64,000 nucleotides of DNA, taken from the NCBI GenBank assembly GCA_015485335.1, contig WFTT01000102.1, positions 25,583 to 89,582 on the forward strand, given 5' to 3'. The notes under the pieces are model-generated. The model did not search any database, was not told the origin of the DNA, and saw nothing but the letters and a program-made list of their open reading frames with translations. This document shows, in pieces, positions 41,448-50,047 of the stretch; the first letter of the stretch is position 1, and each line of letters begins with the position of its first letter. The position numbers were made by a program, and so were the translations under genes. This DNA is from Robiginitomaculum sp. GTDB lineage: Bacteria > Pseudomonadota > Alphaproteobacteria > Caulobacterales > Maricaulaceae.

Positions 41448-41876
41448 ATGTTCGAAGACGACGATTTTGAGCTTCCAGATGATCTCGCGGCGATGGCAGA
41501 TGCGGCCGGGGCGGCCCTTGCCGGCATGGGCGAGGAATTTGCGGCAGGTGCCGAAGGTGATGCGAACACCTTGAAAGAGTTCATAGGAAAAGCCGCGCAA
41601 TCTGCGGATGAAGAAGATTTTCAGCAAAATATGGCCCGTGCCTTTGGCATTGCCCATGACCTGAAAGGCCAAGGGGCCACATTTGGCTATAATCTGGTGA
41701 CGGAAATTGCGGGCCAATTGTGCACGCTAACCCGCCCCCAAAACAACCCAAAACGCGAATCTCTGCCGCAAATGCAGGCCTGTGCACAGGCACTTTATGA
41801 TGTGCTGGCCGGTCGGATTGAAGGGGATGGCGGCACCATTGGCGCCCGACTTCGTCTGGACCTTGGGATCAGCTAA
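41448..41876 (+). CDS. Hpt (histidine phosphotransfer) domain protein
   Basis: 142 aa with AHDLKGQGATFGY, matching the H-x-x-K-G Hpt phospho-His motif. Acidic N-terminus. Confidence 0.6.
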   Translation: MFEDDDFELPDDLAAMADAAGAALAGMGEEFAAGAEGDANTLKEFIGKAAQSADEEDFQQNMARAFGIAHDLKGQGATFGYNLVTEIAGQLCTLTRPQNNPKRESLPQMQACAQALYDVLAGRIEGDGGTIGARLRLDLGIS

Positions 41877-41900
41877 GCCACCGGTATACGGATTTAAACC

Positions 41901-41935
41901 AAAAAAGGCGGTGCCATCGGCACCGCCTTTTCTTT
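41901..41935. terminator. bidirectional intrinsic terminator between Hpt gene and hsp20
   Basis: AAGGCGGTGCC-ATC-GGCACCGCCTT is a perfect 11-bp stem flanked by an A-run and a T-rich run. It lies between convergent genes. Confidence 0.65.
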
Positions 41936-41949
41936 AATCAAGCATGGAT

Positions 41950-42417
41950 TTAATGGGTTTTCTTACCCGTTACCAGCTTGCGACCACGATTGGTAACCTG
42001 ATCGATCTTGATCGTGCGCGGTTTCATGGCCTCTGGCAATTCGCGTTTCAGGTCGATCCGCAACAGGCCGTTTTCCAGCGCTGCGCCTTGCACAACGACA
42101 TAGTCGGCCAGTTGGAAGCGGCGCTCAAAAGCGCGCTCGGCAATACCGCGATGCAGGAACTGACGTTCTTCATCGGTATTGGTCTTGCTGCCGGTGATAA
42201 CCAGCACGCCTTCACGTACTTCGATATTGAGATCGTCTTCGCCAAAACCGGCTACGGCCAGTTCAATACGATAGGCATCGTCGGCGAACTGTTCGATATT
42301 ATAAGGGGGGTAGCCTTGGGAGGCCGGGTCAATCTTGGCGGCCTCGTCGATCATGTCCGCAACCCGGTCAAAACCAACCAGTGTGCGATAGAGCGGTGTA
42401 AAATCAAAAGTTTGCAT
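41950..42417 (-). CDS. small heat-shock protein (Hsp20/IbpA family)
   Basis: Start trimmed to MQTFDFTPLYRTLVGFDR, preceded by AAGGAGA. Alpha-crystallin domain (YPPYNIEQ..., AVAGFGEDDLNIEV, GLLRIDL). Confidence 0.92.
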   Translation of the reverse strand: MQTFDFTPLYRTLVGFDRVADMIDEAAKIDPASQGYPPYNIEQFADDAYRIELAVAGFGEDDLNIEVREGVLVITGSKTNTDEERQFLHRGIAERAFERRFQLADYVVVQGAALENGLLRIDLKRELPEAMKPRTIKIDQVTNRGRKLVTGKKTH

Positions 42418-42530
42418 GTCCTTATCTCCTTCTTCAAGCAACATGTTGACCCGGCGCAAAACGGCCCGGATCAGCCGATCGTGACGCTGCTCCGGTTGGC
42501 AGCAGCGTATGAAGACCCAAATGGCGTCTT
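42418..42530 (-). ncRNA. hsp20 5' leader, ROSE-like RNA thermometer candidate
   Basis: The ~110-nt leader has hairpins GAAGAC..GTCTTC and ACGCTGCTGCC..GGAGCAGCGT. A final hairpin pairs UUGCUU (42436..42441) with the SD AAGGAG (42425..42431) and contains a G-G mismatch. Confidence 0.4.
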
Positions 42531-42536
42531 CGGAAT

Positions 42537-42566
42537 ATATTTGGTATTGATGACAAGTTTTTCAAG
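42537..42566 (-). promoter_or_regulatory. sigma32 (RpoH)-type promoter of hsp20
   Basis: Minus strand reads CTTGAAA, a 15-nt spacer, then CCAAATAT. This matches the heat-shock consensus CTTGAAA-N13-17-CCCCATNT closely. Confidence 0.5.
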
Positions 42567-42641
42567 AACCCTTGCGTCAAAGATGCGGACATGCCTATGA
42601 CTGCATATTCCTGTGTCTTTACGCGTATCGGAGATCAATCC

Positions 42642-43577
42642 ATGACCTTGTGCCCGCCCTTTGGCCTGCGTACCGTTTTAACGTCTGGCATGCTTGTTTT
42701 GGCACTGGTTGGCTGTAAAGACCCAAAACCCAAAAACGTGGCCCAGGTGCCCATTCCCGAAGCCGCACCCATACCCCCGGGGCCTCCCGTGGGAACACTG
42801 GAATGGGCGGTCAATGGCGAATGGCGATCCGAAAAAGACAAGGCCCGCAATAAATGGCGTCACCCGATTAAAACCCTGGAATTTTGTGGATTGGCTCCGG
42901 GGCAAAAGGTGCTGGAAATCTGGCCGGGCGGGGGCTGGTACACCCAGATACTGGCGCCCTGGATCAAGGAAAATGGGGGCCAGTACCGCGCCGCTCTTCT
43001 GGACCCGGCCACGTCGGATCAGGCCCGCATGCTCAGCCAGTCGTTCAAGCGGGCCTTTGGGGATGAAGATCGTTATGGCCCCATAAAAACCAGTGTTTTC
43101 AGTGCCACTTCGGAAAAGCTGACTCCTGATAACAGTATGGATCTGGTGCTCACCTTCCGTAATGTACATTCTTGGATGGCCCAGGGCATGGCCACCAAGG
43201 CCTTTGCCGATTTCTATGCGGCCCTGAAACCCGGCGGGGTTTTATGTGTGGTAGAACACCGTTTGCCCGATGCCCGCGAACAGGATCCGCTGGCCAGTTC
43301 TGGCTATGTGCAACGATCTCTGGTCAAGGCTCTGGCCAAGGATGCAGGCTTTGTTTTTGAAGCACAAAGCGATATTAACGCCAATCCCAAAGATACGGCG
43401 GATCACCCCTTTGGGGTGTGGACCCTGCCACCGGTGCGGCGCAGCGCCCCGCCGGGCGAAACCCCGGACCCGGCCTTTAATCGCCAGCATTTTGATGACA
43501 TTGGCGAAAGTGATCGTATGACCTTGCGGTTTCGCAAGCCCAAGCCCGCCAAAAAGGAGAGCCCAGATGCCCCTTGA
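42642..43577 (+). CDS. periplasmic/lipoprotein class I SAM-dependent methyltransferase-like protein (COG4798-like)
   Basis: Start set at MTLCPPFGLRTVLTSGMLVLALVGCK (lipobox). SAM-binding-like block VLEIWPGGGWYT. An alternative upstream ATG lies at 42591. Confidence 0.7.
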   Translation: MTLCPPFGLRTVLTSGMLVLALVGCKDPKPKNVAQVPIPEAAPIPPGPPVGTLEWAVNGEWRSEKDKARNKWRHPIKTLEFCGLAPGQKVLEIWPGGGWYTQILAPWIKENGGQYRAALLDPATSDQARMLSQSFKRAFGDEDRYGPIKTSVFSATSEKLTPDNSMDLVLTFRNVHSWMAQGMATKAFADFYAALKPGGVLCVVEHRLPDAREQDPLASSGYVQRSLVKALAKDAGFVFEAQSDINANPKDTADHPFGVWTLPPVRRSAPPGETPDPAFNRQHFDDIGESDRMTLRFRKPKPAKKESPDAP

Positions 43578-44508
43578 ACCGGCCCCCCTGATTGCCCTTG
43601 AAGACGATCCGGCCCCCAAAGGAACCGAGGTGTTCTGGTTTGCCGGCAAGGATAACGTACGCCTGCGCGCGGCATTTTGCCCGGCGCAAGGCCGCGCCAA
43701 AGGCTCGGTCTTGTTTTCCCCCGGGCGTTCGGAATATCTGGAAAAATTTCTGGAGCTGGCCCGGGATTTAACGGTGCGCGGTTACAATTTTGCGGTGATC
43801 GACCATCGTGGCCAGGGCCTGTCGGACCGCTTGCTCAAAGATCCATTAAAAGGTCATGTCAAAAACTTTACCGACTATGCTATTGATCTGGAAACGCTGG
43901 CGGGCCATTTGCAAGACCAACTAAGCGGACCGCTGGTGCTGGGGGCCCATTCCATGGGCGGCCTGATTGCCGCCGATGTGGCGCATCGGGGTAATCTTGA
44001 TCTTGCGGGCATGGCGCTCAGCGCGCCCATGTTTGGTTTCAAGGCCGGCGGGGCTGGCATGGAAATGATGATCAGCATTGCCAATGCCCTGGGCTTTGGT
44101 GCCAAAAGCCCACCCGGTGTTGATGGTGGCGGCGCGCAAAGTGAAAATGCCGCCCAAACGCTGACCTCGGACAAGGAACGCTTTGATCGTGATCAGCAGC
44201 GCAATGCCATGAATGAAGACATTCACCTTGGCCCGCCAACCTTTGGCTGGCTAAAGGCGGCCCTGAAAAAGCAAAAACGTATGTTTAAAAAGGATGGTTT
44301 TGCCACTCTTTCCCTGCCGGTATATCTGGCCAGTGCAGGCAAAGAAGCCCTGGTCAGCAATGAAGCGATCCAGGCCGCCCATGCGCTAATGCCCGATGCG
44401 GTCTATGAAAACATTCCGGGTGCCCTGCACGAATTGATCGAAGAGCAGGATCAATACCGCAACCGGTTTATGGAAGGGTTTTTTGCACTTTTGGAACGGG
44501 CCAAATAA
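43567..44508 (+). CDS. alpha/beta hydrolase (lysophospholipase-like)
   Basis: GAHSMGG nucleophile elbow and HELIEE near the C-terminus. 313 aa. Overlaps the upstream gene by 11 nt. Confidence 0.8.
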   Translation: MPLEPAPLIALEDDPAPKGTEVFWFAGKDNVRLRAAFCPAQGRAKGSVLFSPGRSEYLEKFLELARDLTVRGYNFAVIDHRGQGLSDRLLKDPLKGHVKNFTDYAIDLETLAGHLQDQLSGPLVLGAHSMGGLIAADVAHRGNLDLAGMALSAPMFGFKAGGAGMEMMISIANALGFGAKSPPGVDGGGAQSENAAQTLTSDKERFDRDQQRNAMNEDIHLGPPTFGWLKAALKKQKRMFKKDGFATLSLPVYLASAGKEALVSNEAIQAAHALMPDAVYENIPGALHELIEEQDQYRNRFMEGFFALLERAK

Positions 44509-44520
44509 GGCATAGACCGT

Positions 44521-44937
44521 TTAACCACCGGTGATTTTTTCATAAAACCCCAATAGCGGCAGGGACAGATAGGCGGCGGTAAAGCCAACCACCCATAAAC
44601 CAGCCGCAATAATGAACAACCGCCGGTTCCACCTGTCTGCACTTTCACATTGTGCCACCAATACTGGATCAGTAGGACAGGCGCGCCCGGGTCGGTAAAG
44701 GGCCCAGGCGGCCAAGGCAAGCAAAAGGGCGCTACCGGAAAACAGCCAGAGTTTGTGATGCGCCAGCGTCACCAGAAACGGAAAATTTGAAAACATGGCG
44801 GCGGAAACCGCACCAAAGCCCAGCGCCACCAGCATAATTGGCAAGGCACAGCAAAGAAGCGTGGTGGTTGAGGTAAACAACAACAACCAACCCCACTTTT
44901 TTTGTTGTACTGCTATGGCTTTTTCCGATGTCGTCAC
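44521..44937 (-). CDS. MerT-like heavy-metal transport membrane protein
   Basis: 138 aa with 3-4 TM segments. Vicinal Cys pair in TM1 (TTLLCCALPIMLVALGFG) and a second Cys pair (CPTDPVLVAQC). ATGA overlap with the upstream HMA gene. Confidence 0.6.
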   Translation of the reverse strand: MTTSEKAIAVQQKKWGWLLLFTSTTTLLCCALPIMLVALGFGAVSAAMFSNFPFLVTLAHHKLWLFSGSALLLALAAWALYRPGRACPTDPVLVAQCESADRWNRRLFIIAAGLWVVGFTAAYLSLPLLGFYEKITGG

Positions 44938-45272
44938 CCTGTCGTATCCTCATTCTTTTTTGTAAAATCACTGGCTGAACAGGTTTCGGTTTTTGTCATG
45001 GAGCGATAGGTAAAGCCTTTATCCAGAAACATGGCTTTAAGCTGGTCATCGGTGAAGTTGACGGAACCGTCGGTGCAGACGTTAATCACACCGCTTTCAA
45101 AATTGGCATTGGCCGCCTTAACACCTTTGATCTTTTTTAGGGCTTTTTCAGAGGTGGCCACACAGAACGGACAGGTCATGCCATCAACCTGAAGTTTGTA
45201 TTCTGTTTCAGCGGCCAAAGCAGACCCGGCCAGCATGGCAAGGCCCAAAGATAGAGTAAGCGTTTTGAACAT
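44934..45272 (-). CDS. periplasmic heavy-metal-associated (HMA, MerP/CopZ-like) protein
   Basis: Signal peptide followed by the GMTCPFC metal-binding motif in a ferredoxin-like HMA domain. 112 aa. Confidence 0.85.
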   Translation of the reverse strand: MFKTLTLSLGLAMLAGSALAAETEYKLQVDGMTCPFCVATSEKALKKIKGVKAANANFESGVINVCTDGSVNFTDDQLKAMFLDKGFTYRSMTKTETCSASDFTKKNEDTTG

Positions 45273-45286
45273 TGCGTTCTCCTTTT

Positions 45287-46141
45287 TTAGAAATTAAAAC
45301 GAAGGCTGGTGACCAGGGAATAATCCGGCGCCAGTGCGGTACCGTGAAGATCATTCACCACGGGAATTTTTAAGGCCGTTTCCGCAATCCATCGTTTGGT
45401 GGCATATTGTAAACCCGGCGACAGAAAGGCCTGTGTGCCGCCGGAATTGGGATTAATGACGCCGCTCAGCCTATCTCTTTGCAATTGCGTGACATTGGCT
45501 TCCAGCACCCCATAAAGGAAGGCGTCAGAGTTGGCGGCGATGGTTTTGGGCAACAGCCGGTATTGTAGCGAGGCATCGGCGCTGATCGTATCGCCGCGTT
45601 CAAAACCGTTGGCGCGGGTATTGGCGACATATTTGATCTGGCTGTCAAAATTCCAGTTTGTGCTGGCGGCGGTAAAGATAAGACCGGCAAAGCCATCGGT
45701 TGAACCATCCCCGGTTTTGCCGGTTCTGCCCGTGGGCAAGGTGGCACCGGCAAACGGGGCAATCCGAATGGTTTTCCCGGGGCTATCATTGCGATAAATT
45801 TCATAGCGGGCAAATATGGTGGCATCGCCAAGTCCGGTGAAGTTACTGTTCATCGAGCCAATTTCACGATCAATATTAACCAAGGGCGCAACTCCGAACA
45901 GCGCCAACTTTGGCGTGACGCCATAGCCCAGCACCGAAACCCCGGCGCGCACCGTGACATCGCGCTTCATACCATTCAGACGATCGGACAGATTGGTTAC
46001 AATAAATTGCTGACGTGCCAACAATTCTCCCTTGCTGACCGGCAGCGCCGTATTAAAGGTAATGGGGGCGGCCAACGCCGTTCCTGAAGTCGCCATGAGC
46101 AGACCAAGTATGCAAGCGGTCTGGATACTCATTTTCATCAT
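45287..46141 (-). CDS. outer-membrane beta-barrel channel (MetA-pathway/'transporter' family-like)
   Basis: Signal peptide (..TSGTALA). Alternating beta-strand pattern. C-terminal SLRFNF with a terminal Phe, typical of OMPs. 284 aa. Confidence 0.65.
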   Translation of the reverse strand: MMKMSIQTACILGLLMATSGTALAAPITFNTALPVSKGELLARQQFIVTNLSDRLNGMKRDVTVRAGVSVLGYGVTPKLALFGVAPLVNIDREIGSMNSNFTGLGDATIFARYEIYRNDSPGKTIRIAPFAGATLPTGRTGKTGDGSTDGFAGLIFTAASTNWNFDSQIKYVANTRANGFERGDTISADASLQYRLLPKTIAANSDAFLYGVLEANVTQLQRDRLSGVINPNSGGTQAFLSPGLQYATKRWIAETALKIPVVNDLHGTALAPDYSLVTSLRFNF

Positions 46142-46177
46142 GATTTAACCTTGCCTTGTTTTTGAAACCTGAGCCAG

Positions 46178-46208
46178 TGTATAAGGCCTGTAGTAACTAT
46201 AGGCTCAA
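46178..46208 (-). promoter_or_regulatory. MerR-type promoter/operator: TTGAGC, 19-bp spacer, TATACA, with dyad CCTATAG-TTA-CTACAGG
   Basis: Read on the minus strand. The 19-bp spacer is the hallmark of MerR-activated promoters. The imperfect 7-3-7 dyad sits in the spacer, 37-67 bp upstream of the OM-channel gene and immediately upstream of the divergent merR-family gene. Confidence 0.6.
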
Positions 46209-46218
46209 GGCTTTTATC

Positions 46219-46638
46219 ATGACCTCACACACACGTGATTTTTATATTGGTGAGGTTGCCAAACTGACCGGGGTAAAAATTGAAACCATTCGGTATTATG
46301 AAAAGGCGGGTATTCTGACATCGCCTGACAGAGGGAAAAACGGTTATCGTCTTTATGCAAAGGCGCACATTGAGCGCCTGATGTTCGTTAAGCGGTGTCG
46401 AGCACTGGGATTCAGCCTCTCTCAGACCCTCTCTTTGCTCAATATGGCAAATTCAGAAGGCCGCACCTGTCAGCAAATCAGCCAAAAGGCTGAGAAGCAA
46501 TTAGAGGACGTGCGCGCAAAGATTGAAGACCTGAAGCGAATGGAGGATGTGCTGTCTGCCTATGTTAATGCCTGTCCGCGCGATGCCAGCAAGGATTGCC
46601 CGATTGTTACCGCCTTGTCGGATGTGCCGGCGCTTTAA
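46219..46638 (+). CDS. MerR-family metal-responsive transcriptional regulator (three-Cys, CadR/PbrR/MerR-like)
   Basis: Start trimmed to MTSHTRDFYIGEVAKLTGVKIETIRYYEKAGIL (MerR HTH). Coiled-coil dimerisation helix. Cys84 plus a C119-x7-C127 loop. Confidence 0.9.
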   Translation: MTSHTRDFYIGEVAKLTGVKIETIRYYEKAGILTSPDRGKNGYRLYAKAHIERLMFVKRCRALGFSLSQTLSLLNMANSEGRTCQQISQKAEKQLEDVRAKIEDLKRMEDVLSAYVNACPRDASKDCPIVTALSDVPAL

Positions 46639-47492
46639 AGCGCCGCTTTGGTTAAGAGCCTCAGCGCCTCTTCATGCACCCGGGCATCGCCACTGGCCAG
46701 TACCTGCCCGCCTTGCCAGGCAGGCCTGCCGGACCAATTGGTGACCCTGCCGCCAGCTCCCTCGACAATGGGGATCAGCGCCGCAATATCATAATCCTGA
46801 AGGCCGGATTCAATCACCAGATCAACGCCGCCGCGCGCCAGCGCCGCATAGGCGTAACAATCCAGGCCATAGCGTTGCAGCCGCGTCTTTTTGCGTAACG
46901 TGTCAAATGCCGGGCGTTCTTCTTGGGTGAAAAGGTGGGGGTCGGTAGTGCAAAGGGTTGCCGCATGCAGACCTTCGCAGGGCCGCACGCTTAGGGCCCT
47001 TTGTTGCTGGCCGTTTTTATACAGCCAGGCCGTATCGCCCAGTCCAAAAAACCGCTCGCCGGTTACTGGCTGGTCCATAATGCCCAGAACGGGCCGCGTA
47101 TTACGGGTCAGTGCAATCAATGTGCCCCAGACCGGCAAAGCGCTGATGAAAGCGCGGGTGCCATCAATGGGATCTAGAACCCAGTGAAAATCGCCCTTGG
47201 TGTCTTTAACGCCATATTCTTCGCCGCGAATGCCGTGATCGGGGTAACGGGCATCAAGCAAGTCCCGAATGGCGCGTTCCGCCCCCCGGTCCGCGATGGT
47301 CACCGGGTCATAGCCGCTGGGGTGATCCGGTTTGACCTCAACCCCGATGGGGGTATCAAAATGTGCCAGGGTTACGGCCATGGCGGCATCGGCCAGGGCA
47401 AAGGAAAAGCGGCCAAAGGCGGCGCGCTCTTCCTCGCCAAGAAGGCGTGGCAGGTCAGAAGAGGTATTTTGGCATATCGGTGTTTTTGACAT
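46635..47492 (-). CDS. inositol monophosphatase-family protein (possibly histidinol-phosphatase HisN type)
   Basis: WVLDPIDGTRAF and the downstream WD-like metal motifs of the IMPase fold. 285 aa. Confidence 0.82.
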   Translation of the reverse strand: MSKTPICQNTSSDLPRLLGEEERAAFGRFSFALADAAMAVTLAHFDTPIGVEVKPDHPSGYDPVTIADRGAERAIRDLLDARYPDHGIRGEEYGVKDTKGDFHWVLDPIDGTRAFISALPVWGTLIALTRNTRPVLGIMDQPVTGERFFGLGDTAWLYKNGQQQRALSVRPCEGLHAATLCTTDPHLFTQEERPAFDTLRKKTRLQRYGLDCYAYAALARGGVDLVIESGLQDYDIAALIPIVEGAGGRVTNWSGRPAWQGGQVLASGDARVHEEALRLLTKAAL

Positions 47493-47552
47493 GCGCTCTT
47501 CTATCGCCGGGCCGGGCGTAAGGCCAGTCCGGTAATGTGATCAATCGTATGT

Positions 47553-47930
47553 CTAGGCCGCCGGTGCGGAGCCGCTCATGGCTTTGGCCAGTTCCAGCAG
47601 GCGCCGCCGGGTGCTTTCATCCAGCGTGTAATAGGCCCGGACCAATTCCATGGTTTCACCTTGCGTCAGAATATCGGCTGGCAAGGCATGGGAATCATTG
47701 GCCGCCTCTTCGGAGCTTAGGCCATCATAAAAATACTGCACCGGAACGTGCAACGCCTCGGAAAGATCAAACAGGCGCGACGCGCTGATCCGGTTTGCCG
47801 CACATTCATATTTTTGAATCTGCTGAAACCGGATGCCGACCTGTTCGCCCAAACCCTGTTGGGTCATCCCCAAAAGGCGACGACGACGACGCAGACGACG
47901 CCCCACATGTATATCGATTGAATTGACCAT
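47553..47930 (-). CDS. XRE-family HTH transcriptional regulator
   Basis: IHVGRRLRRRRRLLGMTQQGLGEQVGIRFQQIQKYECAANRISASRLFDLSEAL is a classic Cro/CI HTH. 125 aa. Confidence 0.8.
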   Translation of the reverse strand: MVNSIDIHVGRRLRRRRRLLGMTQQGLGEQVGIRFQQIQKYECAANRISASRLFDLSEALHVPVQYFYDGLSSEEAANDSHALPADILTQGETMELVRAYYTLDESTRRRLLELAKAMSGSAPAA

Positions 47931-47999
47931 AACGCACTCACTTTATTACCTGACACGTTGTTTTGTGCCTGACAGTGTGAGTGCAAAAGCGGTGCCAAA

Positions 48000-49826
48000 C
48001 TAAGGCTGTTTGTTAAGTTTTTGATTTTGCTTGCGTTTGATGGGGTCTAATTCCGTTTTTCGTACACGGATGACGCTTGGGGTTACTTCCACTTGCTCGT
48101 CATCGGCGATCCAGGCGATTGCCTGTTCCAAAGTGAGACGCTTTGGCGTGATCAATGTGACCGCATCATCCTTGCCAGAGGCGCGCATATTGGTCAGCTT
48201 TTTACCCTTGATCGGGTTGACCATCAGATCATCGCCTCTTGTGCATTCGCCGATGACCATGCCGTTATAGACCTGTTCGCCAGCGCCAATGAACAGCGTG
48301 CCGCGCGGCTCAATATTCATCAGGGCAAAGGCAGACGCCTTGCCATCAGCCATGGAGATCAGGGCGCCTCTGGCCCGATCCTCGATCACACCGCGCCATG
48401 GTCCCCAATGGGAAAAGACGCGGTTTAGCACGCCCTTGCCCCGGGTTTCGGTCAAAAAACGGCCCCCATAACCGATCAAGGATCGCGATGGCGCATCAAA
48501 CACCAGCCGCGTATGGCCGGCACCGGCCGGCGACATGTTTTTCAGCTCAGCCTTGCGCCCGGTCAGGCTTTCAATCACCGTACCGGCATGATTTTCGTCC
48601 ACATCACAGACCACTTCTTCATAAGGTTCCAACCGTTCGCCGGTGGCCTCATCGGTGCGGATCAGGACGCGCGGACGCGAAACCGATAGCTCAAAACCTT
48701 CCCGACGCAGGGTTTCAATCAGAACCCCCAATTGCAGCTCGCCGCGCCCGGCCAGTTCCAGCGCATCGGCGCCGGTGGAGGCATCGCGCACCTCGATGGC
48801 GACATTCGAGCGCGCTTCGCGCATCAGGCGGTCCCGAATAATGCGCGATTGCACCTTGTCCCCATCACGGCCGCCAAGGGGGCTGTCATTGATGGAAATG
48901 GTCACCGCCATGGTGGGCGGGTCAATGGCGGTGGCGGCGATGGGTTCTTTTACTTCTGGCGCGGCCAGGGTGTCGGCCACATTGGCGGTACCAAAGCCGG
49001 CAATGGCGGCAATATCGCCGGCATGCACGACCTCGGCGGGAATGCGGTTCATGCCCTCCATGACAAACAGTTTGGACAGGCGCGCCCGCTCGATGGGTTC
49101 GCCGGTACGCGCCAGCGCTTGAACCAGATCGCCGGTGCGGATCGAGCCGCTTTCAATCCGTCCGGTCAGTACCCGGCCCACATAGGGGTCCGCATCCAGC
49201 ATGGAGACCAGCATGGTAAAAGGTTCGTCCTTGCGCTTGGCCGCCTCCGGTGCCGGGGTGTGCTCGACAATGGTTTCAAAAAGCGGGTTCAGGTTTTCCC
49301 CAACCACGCCTTCTTCCTTGCTGGCCCAGCCATCGCGCCCGGCGGCATAAACATAGGGAAAGTCCAGTTGATCGTCGCTGGCCCCCAGGTCTGAAAACAG
49401 ATCAAAGACGGCGTTTAGGGCTTTTTCCGGATCCGCCCCGGTGCGATCCACCTTGTTCAAAACCACCATGGGTTTCAGACCCAGGCTCAGCGCCTTTGAC
49501 AGCACAAAGCGGGTTTGCGGCATTGGCCCTTCGGCGGCATCAATCAGCAACACCGCGCCATCGACCATGGAGAGGATGCGTTCCACCTCGCCGCCAAAGT
49601 CTGCATGGCCCGGGGTATCAATAATATTGATCCGCGTGCCGTTCCAGGTGACGCTGGCGCATTTGGCCATAATGGTAATGCCGCGCTCCTGTTCCTGATC
49701 AATATTGTCCAGCGCCCGTTCGGGGCGATCTTCATGAGCAGCGAAAACCCCGGTCTGGATCAGCATCTGGTCAACCAGTGTGGTTTTCCCATGATCAACG
49801 TGGGCGATGATGGCAATATTACGCAT
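48000..49826 (-). CDS. typA: translational GTPase TypA/BipA
   Basis: Start trimmed to [19 protein letters not shown]. Motifs DTPGH and NKVD. 608 aa with an EF-G-like domain order. Confidence 0.96.
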   Translation of the reverse strand: MRNIAIIAHVDHGKTTLVDQMLIQTGVFAAHEDRPERALDNIDQEQERGITIMAKCASVTWNGTRINIIDTPGHADFGGEVERILSMVDGAVLLIDAAEGPMPQTRFVLSKALSLGLKPMVVLNKVDRTGADPEKALNAVFDLFSDLGASDDQLDFPYVYAAGRDGWASKEEGVVGENLNPLFETIVEHTPAPEAAKRKDEPFTMLVSMLDADPYVGRVLTGRIESGSIRTGDLVQALARTGEPIERARLSKLFVMEGMNRIPAEVVHAGDIAAIAGFGTANVADTLAAPEVKEPIAATAIDPPTMAVTISINDSPLGGRDGDKVQSRIIRDRLMREARSNVAIEVRDASTGADALELAGRGELQLGVLIETLRREGFELSVSRPRVLIRTDEATGERLEPYEEVVCDVDENHAGTVIESLTGRKAELKNMSPAGAGHTRLVFDAPSRSLIGYGGRFLTETRGKGVLNRVFSHWGPWRGVIEDRARGALISMADGKASAFALMNIEPRGTLFIGAGEQVYNGMVIGECTRGDDLMVNPIKGKKLTNMRASGKDDAVTLITPKRLTLEQAIAWIADDEQVEVTPSVIRVRKTELDPIKRKQNQKLNKQP

Positions 49827-49957
49827 TGAAAAAAGTCTCTTTGATGGTCCGTCCGTAACGGCAAAGGCGTCAGCTAGAGCAAACATAGCCTAAAAGATAG
49901 CCATCGCCTGAGATTTGTGCATTGCACACTTGATTTTTGTGCACCGCAATATAATGT

Positions 49958-50043
49958 CACTTCAGCGACATCGCATGTCGCCACCCTTTTGGGTGTTTCC
50001 TCCCTACACATACTCTACGCGCCCTTTGGGGCGCGTTTTTTTT
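49958..50043 (+). ncRNA. candidate small RNA (about 85 nt) with CCUCCC anti-SD tract
   Basis: TATAAT box at 49950..49955. Hairpin GCGACAT-CGC-ATGTCGC (49965..49981) and hairpin CACCC-TTTT-GGGTG (49982..49995). Unpaired UUUCCUCCCUAC. Terminator at 50017..50043. There is no plus-strand CDS upstream. Confidence 0.4.
50017..50043 (+). terminator. strong plus-strand intrinsic terminator
   Basis: ACGCGCCC-TTTG-GGGCGCGT followed by a run of 8 T. Confidence 0.7.
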
Positions 50044-50047
50044 GTGT

